Source: Fidelibacterota bacterium UBA1134
Lineage (GTDB): Bacteria; Fidelibacterota; Marinisomatia; Marinisomatales; S15-B10
Assembly (NCBI GenBank): GCA_002311975.1
Contig: DCAL01000051.1
Coordinates: 8,699 to 45,027, forward strand
Length of the DNA stretch: 36,329 bases
Reading direction: 5' to 3'
Positions 10,274 to 19,721 of this stretch are shown here, in pieces. The first letter of the stretch is position 1. Every line of letters starts with the position of its first letter. A model generated the notes under the pieces. It was not told the origin of the DNA. It searched no databases and saw only the letters and a list, made by a program, of their open reading frames with translations. The position numbers were made by a program, and so were the translations under genes.

Positions 10274-12466
10274 TTAGACACCGAACAGCCGCGTAAACTT
10301 GATGGCGACATAGCCGGTGGACTGCTTAGGATTTCCCAAGTCACGTTCTTCAGAATAGACCACAAAGAGATCGCTCAGTGGCGCGTGGATAAAATTGAGC
10401 CGCGCGTTTGTTATCAAGCTGTTTTCGGCAGCGTTGTATTGTATATAGAGTGTATTGAGCAGAGTGGTGGACAGGTTGTATTTCAGCTTGAGTGAATAGG
10501 TGTCGGCAGAGAAGTTGCTATCGCTAAAGTCAATCTCGTTACGCTGAGCACCCAGTTGAGCTGATAAACGGTAGTTGGCCCGGAGGAGGACCTTCAGCAT
10601 TAAGGTGCGTCTGTTGCCGCCGTAGAAACCGCCGCCGGAAATAGCCAGATCGGCGGAGATGGGAAGACTTCTGTTCGATGTAAAATAGGATGAAAAGGAG
10701 TTAAATCTGTAGACGCCCGTTTCTACGGCTGTGTTGTAGAGTGAAAAGTCGCTTAAGACCCCCTCGTAGTTGTTGGTGATTTTGTTTATGAGGCGCGAGC
10801 CGTCAGCAAAAAGGAGATCGAGACCGACGGAGGCAGACCGTGTTTCGGTCACAGAAACAAGCGTTTCTATCTGGTTGATCTCCGCATAAGGGTTTAGCTC
10901 CAGCAAGCGGCGATTTCGAAAGCGTTTGTGGATACCGACCGTGCTGTACACCTCGCTCACACCTCTGCGTCTTATGAAGCCAGCTTCCGGGTTGAAGGAT
11001 TCGTCCACCTGTTTGTAGGTGAAGGAAGCGTCCCAGAAGTGATCGCGCCAGCCCACGGCAACTCTCGAAGCGCTGTTTATTCCTCTTGTGTCAGGATCCT
11101 TGGTGGCGGCGTAATACGAGTAAATCAGGAGATTACGGAACAGTTGAAAGTTGGCATCGACACCGTAGCCCCTGTTGAAGTTTGTGCCGGAAGATCTCTT
11201 GTTCACAACCATCAACCCCACATTTGAGTTTTTCAGGATGTTGCGGCGCAAACGCAGTACGCCAAAGTTTGCGGCATCCACTGAAGGAGCAGCAGCTGTC
11301 TGCATGTCTAAGACGCCCAGCTCATAATTGCCTAACTTGCCGCTCAATCGACCGCCGCCAATAATGGGAATCGTAGCGCCACCCGCCAAGCCAATGCGCC
11401 GCGAATGAAAGAGAAAGAAATCCCGGCCGTAACGGTTGGGCGCCATACGGTAGTTAAACTTTCTAATATCACCGAAAGTGAAGATGCCGGCGTTCTCAAG
11501 GAAGAAATCCCGCTTTTCTGGGAAGAAGAGTGGAAACCTGGTCAAGTTGATTCTCTCTTCGTCGGCCTCCACCTGAGAAAAATCAGTGTTGTATGAAACG
11601 TCCAATGTTAAGCTTGGAGTGACGCCATATTTGACGTCGATGCCGATATCGGCTTCCCTGCGAGAAGGTTCTTTGAGCTGTGCACTGGCCAGAGCAAAAG
11701 GTTTGATGTTCAAATTGCGGGAAGAGCGAAGATTGCTTAATCCGCTTAAGGTTCCGGCCTTGTTAATCCTGAGAAGAAGTTCGTGTGTCTCCACCGGCGC
11801 CCAGTAAGCATCCTCATTCTTGCGCCGGATCCTGCGTAGAAAGTTGATTCCCCACGGCTGTTCGCGGGAATTGTGATCAAAGCGCAGCGTATTGAAAGGT
11901 ATGGCGAGCTCCAGCACCCACCCTTTGGAAAATACGCGCGTCTTCGGATAAACAATGCCTTCCCAGGCCCGGTTCACATCGGCCCCGTCATTGCTGATCT
12001 GCATATCGAGGACAGCACCCTGAGAATTAAAGAGAAAAAGGAAAGCATCCTTCCTGTCGTTAAAAGTGTCCAGAATGAAAGCAAAGCTGTCGTTGCTCCG
12101 AGAATCAAAATCCTGCTCAAGACTTTCTACAATAATTCTGTCCGGGTGTGAATCATAGCAGACGGCGGAGATATAAAGGTGTTTGTCATCATAGATCACC
12201 CGGGCTACGGTCCGTTCGCTGATGGGCGATCCGGGGTTAGGCTTATTCTGGTAGAAATCTGTGATAGAATCAGCTAAAGACCAGCTCTGTTCGGTGAGAA
12301 AACCGTCAATAATAATTTCCTCAGTACCGTTGACCCTGGTGGCGCTCATAGTTGGCCGGGGGAAAGTGGCTAAATCGATGACGCCTCCTAATTCGCCCCG
12401 CAGCAGGGCGAAACAGAACACAGCGAAAGCGACCGCCATTTTCTTGGCGCTATGGTTGGGTTTCAT
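10274..12466 (-). CDS. DUF5916 / CBM9-like domain outer-membrane protein
   Basis: The N-terminal CBM9/DOMON-like module is recognisable ('IIDGFLTEQSWSLADSITDFYQNKPNPG...VIYDDKHLYISAVCYD...DSFAFILDTFNDRKDAFLF...KGWVLELAIPFNTLRF'). It is followed by a long beta-rich region. I chose the start at M24 (12466) ahead of the signal-like 'KKMAVAFAVFCFALL'; the track ORF extends to 12535. Confidence 0.72.
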   Translation of the reverse strand: MKPNHSAKKMAVAFAVFCFALLRGELGGVIDLATFPRPTMSATRVNGTEEIIIDGFLTEQSWSLADSITDFYQNKPNPGSPISERTVARVIYDDKHLYISAVCYDSHPDRIIVESLEQDFDSRSNDSFAFILDTFNDRKDAFLFLFNSQGAVLDMQISNDGADVNRAWEGIVYPKTRVFSKGWVLELAIPFNTLRFDHNSREQPWGINFLRRIRRKNEDAYWAPVETHELLLRINKAGTLSGLSNLRSSRNLNIKPFALASAQLKEPSRREADIGIDVKYGVTPSLTLDVSYNTDFSQVEADEERINLTRFPLFFPEKRDFFLENAGIFTFGDIRKFNYRMAPNRYGRDFFLFHSRRIGLAGGATIPIIGGGRLSGKLGNYELGVLDMQTAAAPSVDAANFGVLRLRRNILKNSNVGLMVVNKRSSGTNFNRGYGVDANFQLFRNLLIYSYYAATKDPDTRGINSASRVAVGWRDHFWDASFTYKQVDESFNPEAGFIRRRGVSEVYSTVGIHKRFRNRRLLELNPYAEINQIETLVSVTETRSASVGLDLLFADGSRLINKITNNYEGVLSDFSLYNTAVETGVYRFNSFSSYFTSNRSLPISADLAISGGGFYGGNRRTLMLKVLLRANYRLSAQLGAQRNEIDFSDSNFSADTYSLKLKYNLSTTLLNTLYIQYNAAENSLITNARLNFIHAPLSDLFVVYSEERDLGNPKQSTGYVAIKFTRLFGV

Positions 12467-12598
12467 AAACTGGCTATGTAGAACACGTTTTAGCGGCGGG
12501 CAGTTTAGTGCCTGTTTTAGGACTTTGCCTATCACTATATTTGTGGAGGATTTTACCGCCCACCTAAGAGCGAAAACTTTAAGAGCAGGGAGAACAAA

Positions 12599-15500
12599 AT
12601 GAACATCAACAAATGTATAATAAAAACGTGTACCGCAAGCTTTCTGGCCGCAGTTTTTTTAATAACAACCGTAGTGGCGGAAGATGCGCAGAAGAGCAAG
12701 CACTACCTGGATAAAGTTTCACTTTCCGGCCTGAAGTTTCGTTCCATCGGCCCCGCGGTCACGTCCGGGCGCATTTCTGCCTTTGCCGTGAACCCCGCCA
12801 ATCGGGCACAATATTTTGTTGCCTCAGCCTCCGGTGGCGTCTGGAAAACAGACAATAATGGCACCACCTATGAGCCCGTCTTTGATGGGGAGGGCTCCTA
12901 CTCTATCGGCTGCGTTACCATCGATCCAAACAATCCCCACGTGGTGTGGATTGGGACGGGAGAGAACAATAATCAGCGCAGCGTTGCCTATGGTGACGGT
13001 GTCTATAAATCGATGGATGGCGGTGAATCGTGGCAGAATATGGGGCTGAAAGAGTCTGAGCACATCGGCAAAATCATCGTAGACCCAAGGGACTCGGACG
13101 TAATTTATGTGGCCGCGATCGGCCCCTTGTGGAGTGAAGGGGGCGACCGTGGTGTATATAAGACGATTGACGGAGGCGCCAGCTGGGAAAGGGTGATGGA
13201 AGCGGATGAACATACGGGCGCGACCGATCTTGTTATGGACCCTAGAGACCCGGATGTTCTCTATGCGGCGGCTCACCAGCGGCGACGACATGTCTTTACG
13301 CTCGTTGGCGGTGGACCAGGATCTGCCATCTACAAATCGAGAGACGGTGGTGAAACCTGGGAGAAGCTTGACAAGGGATTGCCGTCAACCGTAATGGGTC
13401 GGATCGGTCTAGTTCTCTCGCCCGCAGATGCTGATGTTGTCTATGCCATCATTGAGGCGTCTGAAGGGGAGGAAGGGTTTTATCGTTCCTTGAACCGCGG
13501 GGCGTCGTGGAAGAAAATGAGTGATTATGTAACCAGCGGGAACTACTATCAAGAGATCGTGGCGGACCCAAAAGATGTGGATCGCGTCTACTCCATGAAC
13601 ACGTGGATGCACGTGACCGAAGATGGTGGTAAGACGTGGAACCGGGCGGGAGAGAAGAACAAGCATGTAGACAATCACGCCCTCTGGATCGACCCTGAAG
13701 ATACCGATTTTCTATTAGCGGGATGTGATGGCGGTATTTACGAAAGTTTTGACGGCAGCAAGACGTGGAATTTCAAAAGCAATCTTCCTGTGACACAGTT
13801 TTACAAAGTTTCAGTGGATGACGACAGGCCGTTTTATAATGTCTACGGCGGCACGCAGGACAACTATAGTCTCGGCGGACCGTCCAGAACCACCAGTTCA
13901 GCCGGGATCGTCAATGCTGACTGGTTCGTGACGCTTGGCGGCGATGGATTTGAAACACAGGTCGATCCTGATAATTCCGACATTGTCTATTCGCAGTGGC
14001 AGTACGGCAATCTCACCAGGTACGACAAAGCCAGCGGCGAGAAGCATGATATCAAGCCCCGGGCAAGAGAAGGGGAGGACGCCTATCGTTGGAACTGGGA
14101 CGCGCCGCTGCAGGTGGGTCAGCACTTTTCCGGGAGACTCTACTTCGCGGCCAACAAATTGTTTCGTAGTGATGACAGGGGAAACTCGTGGGACGTCATC
14201 AGCGACGATCTCACAAAGCAGATTGACCGCAACAAGCTTAAGGTGATGGGACGGACGTGGGGCGTGGACGCCATCGAAAAGAACCGAGCCACATCCAAAT
14301 ACGGCACCATTGTCGCTTTTCACGAGTCGCCTGTTGATGGCGACCTTCTATATGTAGGAACGGATGACGGCTTGATCCAGGTGACCGAAAACAGCGGCGG
14401 GAAGTGGAAAAAGACATCGCGCTTCAGCGGTGTACCGGAGAACACCTATGTCAATATGGTGCTGGCCTCACAGCATGAAAGATCGGTAGTGTACGCTGCG
14501 TTCAACAATCACAAGCGGGGCGACTTTAAACCATACATTCTCAAGAGTACAAATAACGGCAGGACGTGGAAATCTATTGCAGCCAACCTGCCGCAGCGAG
14601 GATCTGTCTACAGCATTGCCGAAGATCATGTGGACCCAGCTCTTCTTTTTGTTGGTACCGAGTTCGGCGTCTTCTTCACGGTGGATGGAGGAAAATATTG
14701 GAAACAGCTAAAAACGGGCGTACCCACCATAGCGGTGCGCGATCTGGCCATTCAGAAGCGGGAGAACGATCTTGTTCTCGGCACGTTCGGGCGAGGATTT
14801 TACATTCTGGATGACTATTCGCCCCTCAGAAATCTGAATGAGGAAAATCTTGCACAGGACGCAGCCATTTTTCCCGTTAAGGACGCTCTTATGTTCGTTG
14901 AAAGCAGTCGTATCGGGGGGAGTGGTAAAGGTTTTCAGGGGGATAACTATTTTCTGACGCCGAACCCTCCTGTGGCGGCGGTCTTCACCTACTATCTAAA
15001 AGAGAAAATAGAGATGCAAACTGAGAAGCGACGCCAAAAAGAAAAGGAGCTGCGTGATGCGGGAAAGGATGTTTCCTATCCAACGCTGGAAGAGTACAGA
15101 ACCGAGAAACAGGAAGAGAAGCCCAAACTGGTCTTCACCGTCCGGGACTCTCGAGGAAACATTATTCGCAGGCTTACGAACTCTCCATCGACAGGCATAA
15201 ACCGCATCACATGGGATTTCCTGTATGTGGCTCAGGGGCCCATAAGCGAAGAAGAGAGCAAATCAGGAGATGTTGAAGGCGGTGTACCGACAGCGCCCGG
15301 TGAATATACCGTCACCATGGAAAAGCGTGTTGAAGGCGAGATTATCGAACTGGCGGGACCGGTTTCATTTCAGACGGTTTCCTTCGGCGGCGTTACCCTT
15401 CCTACTGAGGACAGAGAAGAATTAGCGGCTTTCCAGCGACGGGTGGAAGCGTTGCAGGCAGCGGTCCGCTCGGCGAATCGCGAGATGGAGGACCTTAAAG

Positions 15501-15883
15501 ACCGGCTGAAGCATATGAAAGCAGCCGCATCTGCTGTAGCCCAAGAGAACGAAACCCTGCTACAGAAGATTAAAGATGCCGAGGAGAAGCTCCATCTCCT
15601 TGATCGCGAAGTGAGGGGAGATCGTCTGGCAAATGAGCTGGACATGGCCGCGCCACTATCCGTAACAGGCAGGATCAACCGCATCGTCTACGGCATGATG
15701 AACTCCACATCAGCACCGACGCAGACGCAGCGGGACGGCTACCAGATGGCGAAGAGTGAATTTGAGCCTGTTCTGGCGCAGTTAGAAACAATCGCATCAC
15801 GCGACATAAAAGCGATTGAGAGAAAACTGGACGCCCTCGATGCTCCGTACACACCCGGCAGGCTGCCCAAACTGAAGAATTAG
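12599..15883 (+). CDS. BNR/Asp-box repeat, sortilin-VPS10-like secreted protein with C-terminal coiled coil
   Basis: 1094 aa with a signal peptide. There are at least 10 Asp-box-like repeats (S/T-x-D-x-G-x-T/S-W): 'KTDNNGTTY', 'SMDGGESW', 'TIDGGASW', 'SRDGGETW', 'TEDGGKTW', 'SFDGSKTW', 'SDDRGNSW', 'STNNGRTW', 'TVDGGKYW'. The heptad-rich C-terminus includes 'ELAAFQRRVEALQAAVRSANREMEDLKDRLKHMK'. Confidence 0.8.
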   Translation: MNINKCIIKTCTASFLAAVFLITTVVAEDAQKSKHYLDKVSLSGLKFRSIGPAVTSGRISAFAVNPANRAQYFVASASGGVWKTDNNGTTYEPVFDGEGSYSIGCVTIDPNNPHVVWIGTGENNNQRSVAYGDGVYKSMDGGESWQNMGLKESEHIGKIIVDPRDSDVIYVAAIGPLWSEGGDRGVYKTIDGGASWERVMEADEHTGATDLVMDPRDPDVLYAAAHQRRRHVFTLVGGGPGSAIYKSRDGGETWEKLDKGLPSTVMGRIGLVLSPADADVVYAIIEASEGEEGFYRSLNRGASWKKMSDYVTSGNYYQEIVADPKDVDRVYSMNTWMHVTEDGGKTWNRAGEKNKHVDNHALWIDPEDTDFLLAGCDGGIYESFDGSKTWNFKSNLPVTQFYKVSVDDDRPFYNVYGGTQDNYSLGGPSRTTSSAGIVNADWFVTLGGDGFETQVDPDNSDIVYSQWQYGNLTRYDKASGEKHDIKPRAREGEDAYRWNWDAPLQVGQHFSGRLYFAANKLFRSDDRGNSWDVISDDLTKQIDRNKLKVMGRTWGVDAIEKNRATSKYGTIVAFHESPVDGDLLYVGTDDGLIQVTENSGGKWKKTSRFSGVPENTYVNMVLASQHERSVVYAAFNNHKRGDFKPYILKSTNNGRTWKSIAANLPQRGSVYSIAEDHVDPALLFVGTEFGVFFTVDGGKYWKQLKTGVPTIAVRDLAIQKRENDLVLGTFGRGFYILDDYSPLRNLNEENLAQDAAIFPVKDALMFVESSRIGGSGKGFQGDNYFLTPNPPVAAVFTYYLKEKIEMQTEKRRQKEKELRDAGKDVSYPTLEEYRTEKQEEKPKLVFTVRDSRGNIIRRLTNSPSTGINRITWDFLYVAQGPISEEESKSGDVEGGVPTAPGEYTVTMEKRVEGEIIELAGPVSFQTVSFGGVTLPTEDREELAAFQRRVEALQAAVRSANREMEDLKDRLKHMKAAASAVAQENETLLQKIKDAEEKLHLLDREVRGDRLANELDMAAPLSVTGRINRIVYGMMNSTSAPTQTQRDGYQMAKSEFEPVLAQLETIASRDIKAIERKLDALDAPYTPGRLPKLKN

Positions 15884-15909
15884 ACAAAAAAAGATCACCT
15901 CCTCTTTTG

Positions 15910-15932
15910 TCCTCTCCCCATAAGGGAGAGGA
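15910..15932 (+). terminator. Stem-loop after the BNR gene (terminator-like, no U tract)
   Basis: 9-bp stem tcctctccc / gggagagga with the 5-nt loop cataa, 27 nt after the stop codon. No T run follows it, so its function is uncertain. Confidence 0.3.
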
Positions 15933-16309
15933 GCCCTTAGTTGCAGAACTGCAGCAGTCTTGCACTGGATCGGCGAAAAGCATCATGGCTTCGACTGCCT
16001 AGACCCCCTCTCCCTTTTAGATAACAGAAGAGTTAGGAGATTCAGGCCAATCTTTGTGCTACATACCACCCCGTCTGTCCCTCGTGGACTCGCGGGAAGG
16101 GCAGGCAAGGAGCGCCCTCTTTGAGAGGGGTGTCCGAAACGAAGTTGAGGACGGGGTGTGTTTGGCCAGACCCGAGGGGATCAAGTTGAGTGGCAGTAGA
16201 AGGATCTTCGGCCTCTGCATATTATCCACGGAACAGTACCCATGCAACTCTGCGAAGAACCGACAGTTATCTTGGACAGATATGAGCACAAAAGTTCTCA
16301 AGAAAAATC

Positions 16310-16339
16310 TTGACACAAGTTAAAATTAAGTTGTAATCT
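16310..16339 (+). promoter_or_regulatory. Candidate sigma70-type promoter for the SusC/SusD pair
   Basis: TTGACA (16310-16315), an 18-bp spacer, then TAATCT (16334-16339), about 100 nt upstream of the susC-like ATG. Pattern match only. Confidence 0.3.
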
Positions 16340-16439
16340 AGGCGGGTCTTAAGGGATACGTGGGGGTTATATGTACGAAAACAGCTTAAATCCGAGGAAC
16401 CCCCTAAAAGTTATAAACAGAAAAAAGGAGAGCAATTAG

Positions 16440-19400
16440 ATGAAGAATCAACGCTCGGTTATCCTCTTTGCGTTGCTATTGATAGTGTCGTTTCCTATCG
16501 CTCTATCTGCACAGAGCGGAGCAGTGGCAGGACGGGTAGCAGACCAAGAAGGCAACCCGCTGGCTGGTGCTAACGTGATAATTATCGGTACAAACCTTGG
16601 TGCAGCCACTGATGCCAATGGTGAGTATGATATAGACAAAGCACCCGTTGGTGAGTTCAAAGTGTCCGCTCACTATATCGGTTTCGCCACCAGCTCTCAG
16701 CAGATAACAGTTCTTGCTGGGACTGTTTCCGAGGCGAACTTCGCCCTGAGGCGATCAGCCATTGACCTGGAAGAGATCGTGGTCACCGGTACGGGTATTG
16801 CCATTGAGAGATCGAAAGTTGGTAACACCGTCGGCGTCATCAACATGGCCGAACTGGAGCTGGCGCCGGTCAGCTCTCTTGATCAGATTCTTACAGGCAG
16901 AGAGCCTGGTGTTCTGGTGAACCTGAACGGCGGCCTGGCTGGTGAAGGTGCTGAGATTCGCATTCGCGGTACATCCAGTATTTCTCAGTCGAACCAACCT
17001 GCCATCTATGTGGACGGTGTCCGCATGGACAACTCTACAAATGCAGGCGGCTACAACTGGAACGGCGGAGTGCCAGGGCGGATGAGCGAAATCAATCCTG
17101 ACGCCATTCAGAGAATTGAAATACTGAAGGGCGCTACGGCGTCGGCCCTCTATGGAAGTAAAGCTTCCAACGGGATCATTAATATTATTACGAAGCAGGG
17201 ATCTATTGGCCGACCGAAGTTTTCGTTCAAAATGGGTCAGACAACGGGCAGCTATAACGAAAGCCGCTACAAGGAAAACACCGGTTTTGGCAGAAGCGAG
17301 ACCTCGGCGGACAGGATGAAGCATATGTATGCAGCTGACGGCACAAATCCCGAAGGCGGCAGCTACTCCGGTAAACCGTGGGAAATTGTATCCATGCCCT
17401 TTTCCGGGATGCTGTACAATCAGGCGTCTGGCCAGACCATGTCGGCAAGCGTTTCCGGGGGAGCACCCGCAGCGACCTATTACGCCAATGTGCGCTATGA
17501 CGCGTATGACGGTCCCTTTGACAACAATGCAACGCTGGGTGGTTTACCCGTGGGTGACGGCACCGATACTGACAACAAGTTTATGGCTAACGCCACACTC
17601 AATATCATAGCCACGGATAAACTCCGTTTCAGAATCGGCACAGCTTACACGGGCCGTAAACAGAGCACCATTCAGAACAATAACAACATCTACGGTATTA
17701 CCTCTCTCATTCAGATGGGTAGGCCTGACTTTGCCACGTCACTCAGCTTTGGAGATGCTGTTGACAACTATACCGGTTCCTTTGCCTGGGCCACGGCGCG
17801 GGAAGTCACGAACCGTCAGCTCCACTCCGAGTCTGACAATACTCTGGTTACTATGAGCACGACGTACAAACCGGCTAGCAACCTCAATGTGAGAGGGACG
17901 TTCGGTATGAACATGACCAACGGCCGCGGTGAGAATTACATGCCGTATAACTGGAATGTGGATAATAAATCGAGTTACTACACGGCCGGCTATCTGGCCG
18001 TTGGGCGGCGGCAGCAGAAGGAGACGACTCTCGACGTAAAGGTTGACCATTCTCTACAGATGGGGAACCTGTCGTTTTCGACGCTGGCAGGATTCAACGC
18101 TAACCGCAAGGTTGTCAAGTTTATCGAAGGATGGGGCAATCAGTTCCCTGGCCCCGGCCTGTTGGTACTTGATGCGCTGAACGCACCAGCAGCCGGTTCA
18201 TACTTTGAAGAGGTCATCGAGGCTGGCTACCTGTTTCAGGAGACCATGGGAGTTGGTGAATACCTTTTCGCCACGGTCAGTGCCCGCTTGGACGCCACAA
18301 GCACGTTTGGAGAGGAGTTTTCGACCGTTACTTATCCCCGTGCAGGACTGTCGTATAGACTCTCTGAACAGTTAGGCGCACTGGGCCCAGTGAGTACACT
18401 TCGCCTGAGAGGGTCCTGGGGTCAGTCCGGCAACCAGCCGGGAGCTTTCGACAAGTACACAAGCTATAATCCATCCTCTTCCGTTGAAGGACCGGGTCTG
18501 CGACCCGGTAACGTAGGTAACCCGGCGCTGGGACCGGAGATCACAAGCGAGACAGAGTTTGGATTTGACTACGGTCTCTTAAATGATCGGATCGGTGGTG
18601 AGTTTGTCTTCTTCAGCAAGAGGACCACTGATGGATTGGTGCCGCAATCCTTTCCTCCTTCTGGCGGTTTTAGCTCTACCCAGCTGGTCAATATTGGTGA
18701 ATGGACGGCATCCGGGTGGGAGGCGTCGCTGGACGCGAACGTTACACGAACCAAGGCGGTGACCGTCGATGTGTTTGCCACCCTCTCCTACATGGAAGAC
18801 GAGTTGGTAAGCCTGGGCGGCGCCCCGGAGCAGAAAGTGGGCGGTTCTTATCCCCGTTACCGCAACTTCCTGACAGAAGGGTTCCCCATTGCGGCACTCT
18901 TCGGCACCAAGCTGCAGGATTGTGAATATCCTATTGATTCCAACGGTGATGGCGAGTGTGATGATAAAGCGACACTGCTGGCGTTTTTTGATACGGGTGA
19001 TCTCATGAACCTGCTCTCAGGGTGGAAGCCGGCCGTGGCTGTCCCGACGGACGCAGATGTAACAGCGAAGCGCGCCAAGACAGCTGGCGACCCGCTGGCG
19101 TGGTATCTCGGTAAACCGAGACCGGACTATACCGGCAGTTTCGGCATTAACATTACGCTCATGAACAATATTAGAATCAGTTCGCTTTTTGAGGCGCGCT
19201 GGGGCAACTATGGTTTGTCGAATTTGACGGATGCGTTCCGTAAGTCCAATCCGTACATCGGGCGCAACTTCTTTGGCTCCACGCAGACAGAGCGTGACTT
19301 CATGACGGGTGGCGTCAACAGTAATTACGAACCTCAGTATGATCCTGCGGCCCGCCTTGAAGCGGCAAAGACCTGGGTTACCACATACCAGTCTCTGTCG

Positions 19401-19691
19401 CCCTACAGCGGTCTAAATCTGATTGAAGATGGCGATTTCATCCGCTGGCGCGAGCTGAGCATTACCTACTCGCTGCCCAAGGAGATGGTGGCAAAGTTCG
19501 GCCTCAGCAATATGTCGTTCACTTTCGCCGGGCGTAATATTAAGATGTGGACTGATTACGCCGGTGTCGACCCCGAGCTAAATGCAGGCAGTGCGCAGGA
19601 CGGTGGCCTTGACATGTTCCGTGAGAGTATTGACGCCTTTGGTGTACCCGTGCCGAGGCTCTACACGCTCTCCGCGAACTTCGGATTCTAG
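16440..19691 (+). CDS. SusC/RagA-family TonB-dependent outer-membrane receptor
   Basis: 1083 aa with a signal peptide and AAGGAG 8 nt upstream. It has a carboxypeptidase-regulatory-like domain ('GRVADQEGNPLAGANVIIIGTNLGAATDANGEYDI') and a plug ('IEILKGATASALYGSKASNGIINIITK'). The C-terminus ends 'LSANFGF' with the terminal Phe. Confidence 0.92.
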   Translation: MKNQRSVILFALLLIVSFPIALSAQSGAVAGRVADQEGNPLAGANVIIIGTNLGAATDANGEYDIDKAPVGEFKVSAHYIGFATSSQQITVLAGTVSEANFALRRSAIDLEEIVVTGTGIAIERSKVGNTVGVINMAELELAPVSSLDQILTGREPGVLVNLNGGLAGEGAEIRIRGTSSISQSNQPAIYVDGVRMDNSTNAGGYNWNGGVPGRMSEINPDAIQRIEILKGATASALYGSKASNGIINIITKQGSIGRPKFSFKMGQTTGSYNESRYKENTGFGRSETSADRMKHMYAADGTNPEGGSYSGKPWEIVSMPFSGMLYNQASGQTMSASVSGGAPAATYYANVRYDAYDGPFDNNATLGGLPVGDGTDTDNKFMANATLNIIATDKLRFRIGTAYTGRKQSTIQNNNNIYGITSLIQMGRPDFATSLSFGDAVDNYTGSFAWATAREVTNRQLHSESDNTLVTMSTTYKPASNLNVRGTFGMNMTNGRGENYMPYNWNVDNKSSYYTAGYLAVGRRQQKETTLDVKVDHSLQMGNLSFSTLAGFNANRKVVKFIEGWGNQFPGPGLLVLDALNAPAAGSYFEEVIEAGYLFQETMGVGEYLFATVSARLDATSTFGEEFSTVTYPRAGLSYRLSEQLGALGPVSTLRLRGSWGQSGNQPGAFDKYTSYNPSSSVEGPGLRPGNVGNPALGPEITSETEFGFDYGLLNDRIGGEFVFFSKRTTDGLVPQSFPPSGGFSSTQLVNIGEWTASGWEASLDANVTRTKAVTVDVFATLSYMEDELVSLGGAPEQKVGGSYPRYRNFLTEGFPIAALFGTKLQDCEYPIDSNGDGECDDKATLLAFFDTGDLMNLLSGWKPAVAVPTDADVTAKRAKTAGDPLAWYLGKPRPDYTGSFGINITLMNNIRISSLFEARWGNYGLSNLTDAFRKSNPYIGRNFFGSTQTERDFMTGGVNSNYEPQYDPAARLEAAKTWVTTYQSLSPYSGLNLIEDGDFIRWRELSITYSLPKEMVAKFGLSNMSFTFAGRNIKMWTDYAGVDPELNAGSAQDGGLDMFRESIDAFGVPVPRLYTLSANFGF

Positions 19692-19721
19692 GATCAGGAA
19701 ATGAAAATCGGAGGAATTGAT

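Noticed and set aside
10208-10495. 95-aa plus-strand ORF overlapping the 3' end of the DUF5916 gene
   Set aside because: It is antisense to a well-supported gene. Its first part is just the tail of the amidohydrolase remnant region, and it has no motifs.
12536-12543. TATATTTG matching the Bacteroidetes -7 promoter motif TAnnTTTG upstream of the BNR gene
   Set aside because: It is a single 8-mer match. Other genes here use clear Shine-Dalgarno sites and sigma70- or sigma54-like elements, so Bacteroidia-type promoter logic is not established for this organism.
13205-13225. DEHTGAT in the BNR/sortilin-like protein as an ApbE flavinylation site
   Set aside because: The segment is part of the regular repeat architecture ('TGATDLVMDPRDPDVLYAA') common to sortilin/BNR propellers, so it is most likely a chance match. 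I kept it as a caution on how non-specific the short motif is.
16054-16323. 89-aa (+) and 85-aa (-) ORFs in the long gap upstream of susC
   Set aside because: They are mutually overlapping on opposite strands, with no RBS, no recognisable domain and Arg/Ser-rich composition. I treat them as non-coding.
15884-16439. Cobalamin or other riboswitch upstream of the TonB-dependent receptor
   Set aside because: I looked for a B12-box-like core and other common riboswitch cores and did not see them. The receptor is SusC-type rather than BtuB-type. An Infernal scan would be needed to exclude one.
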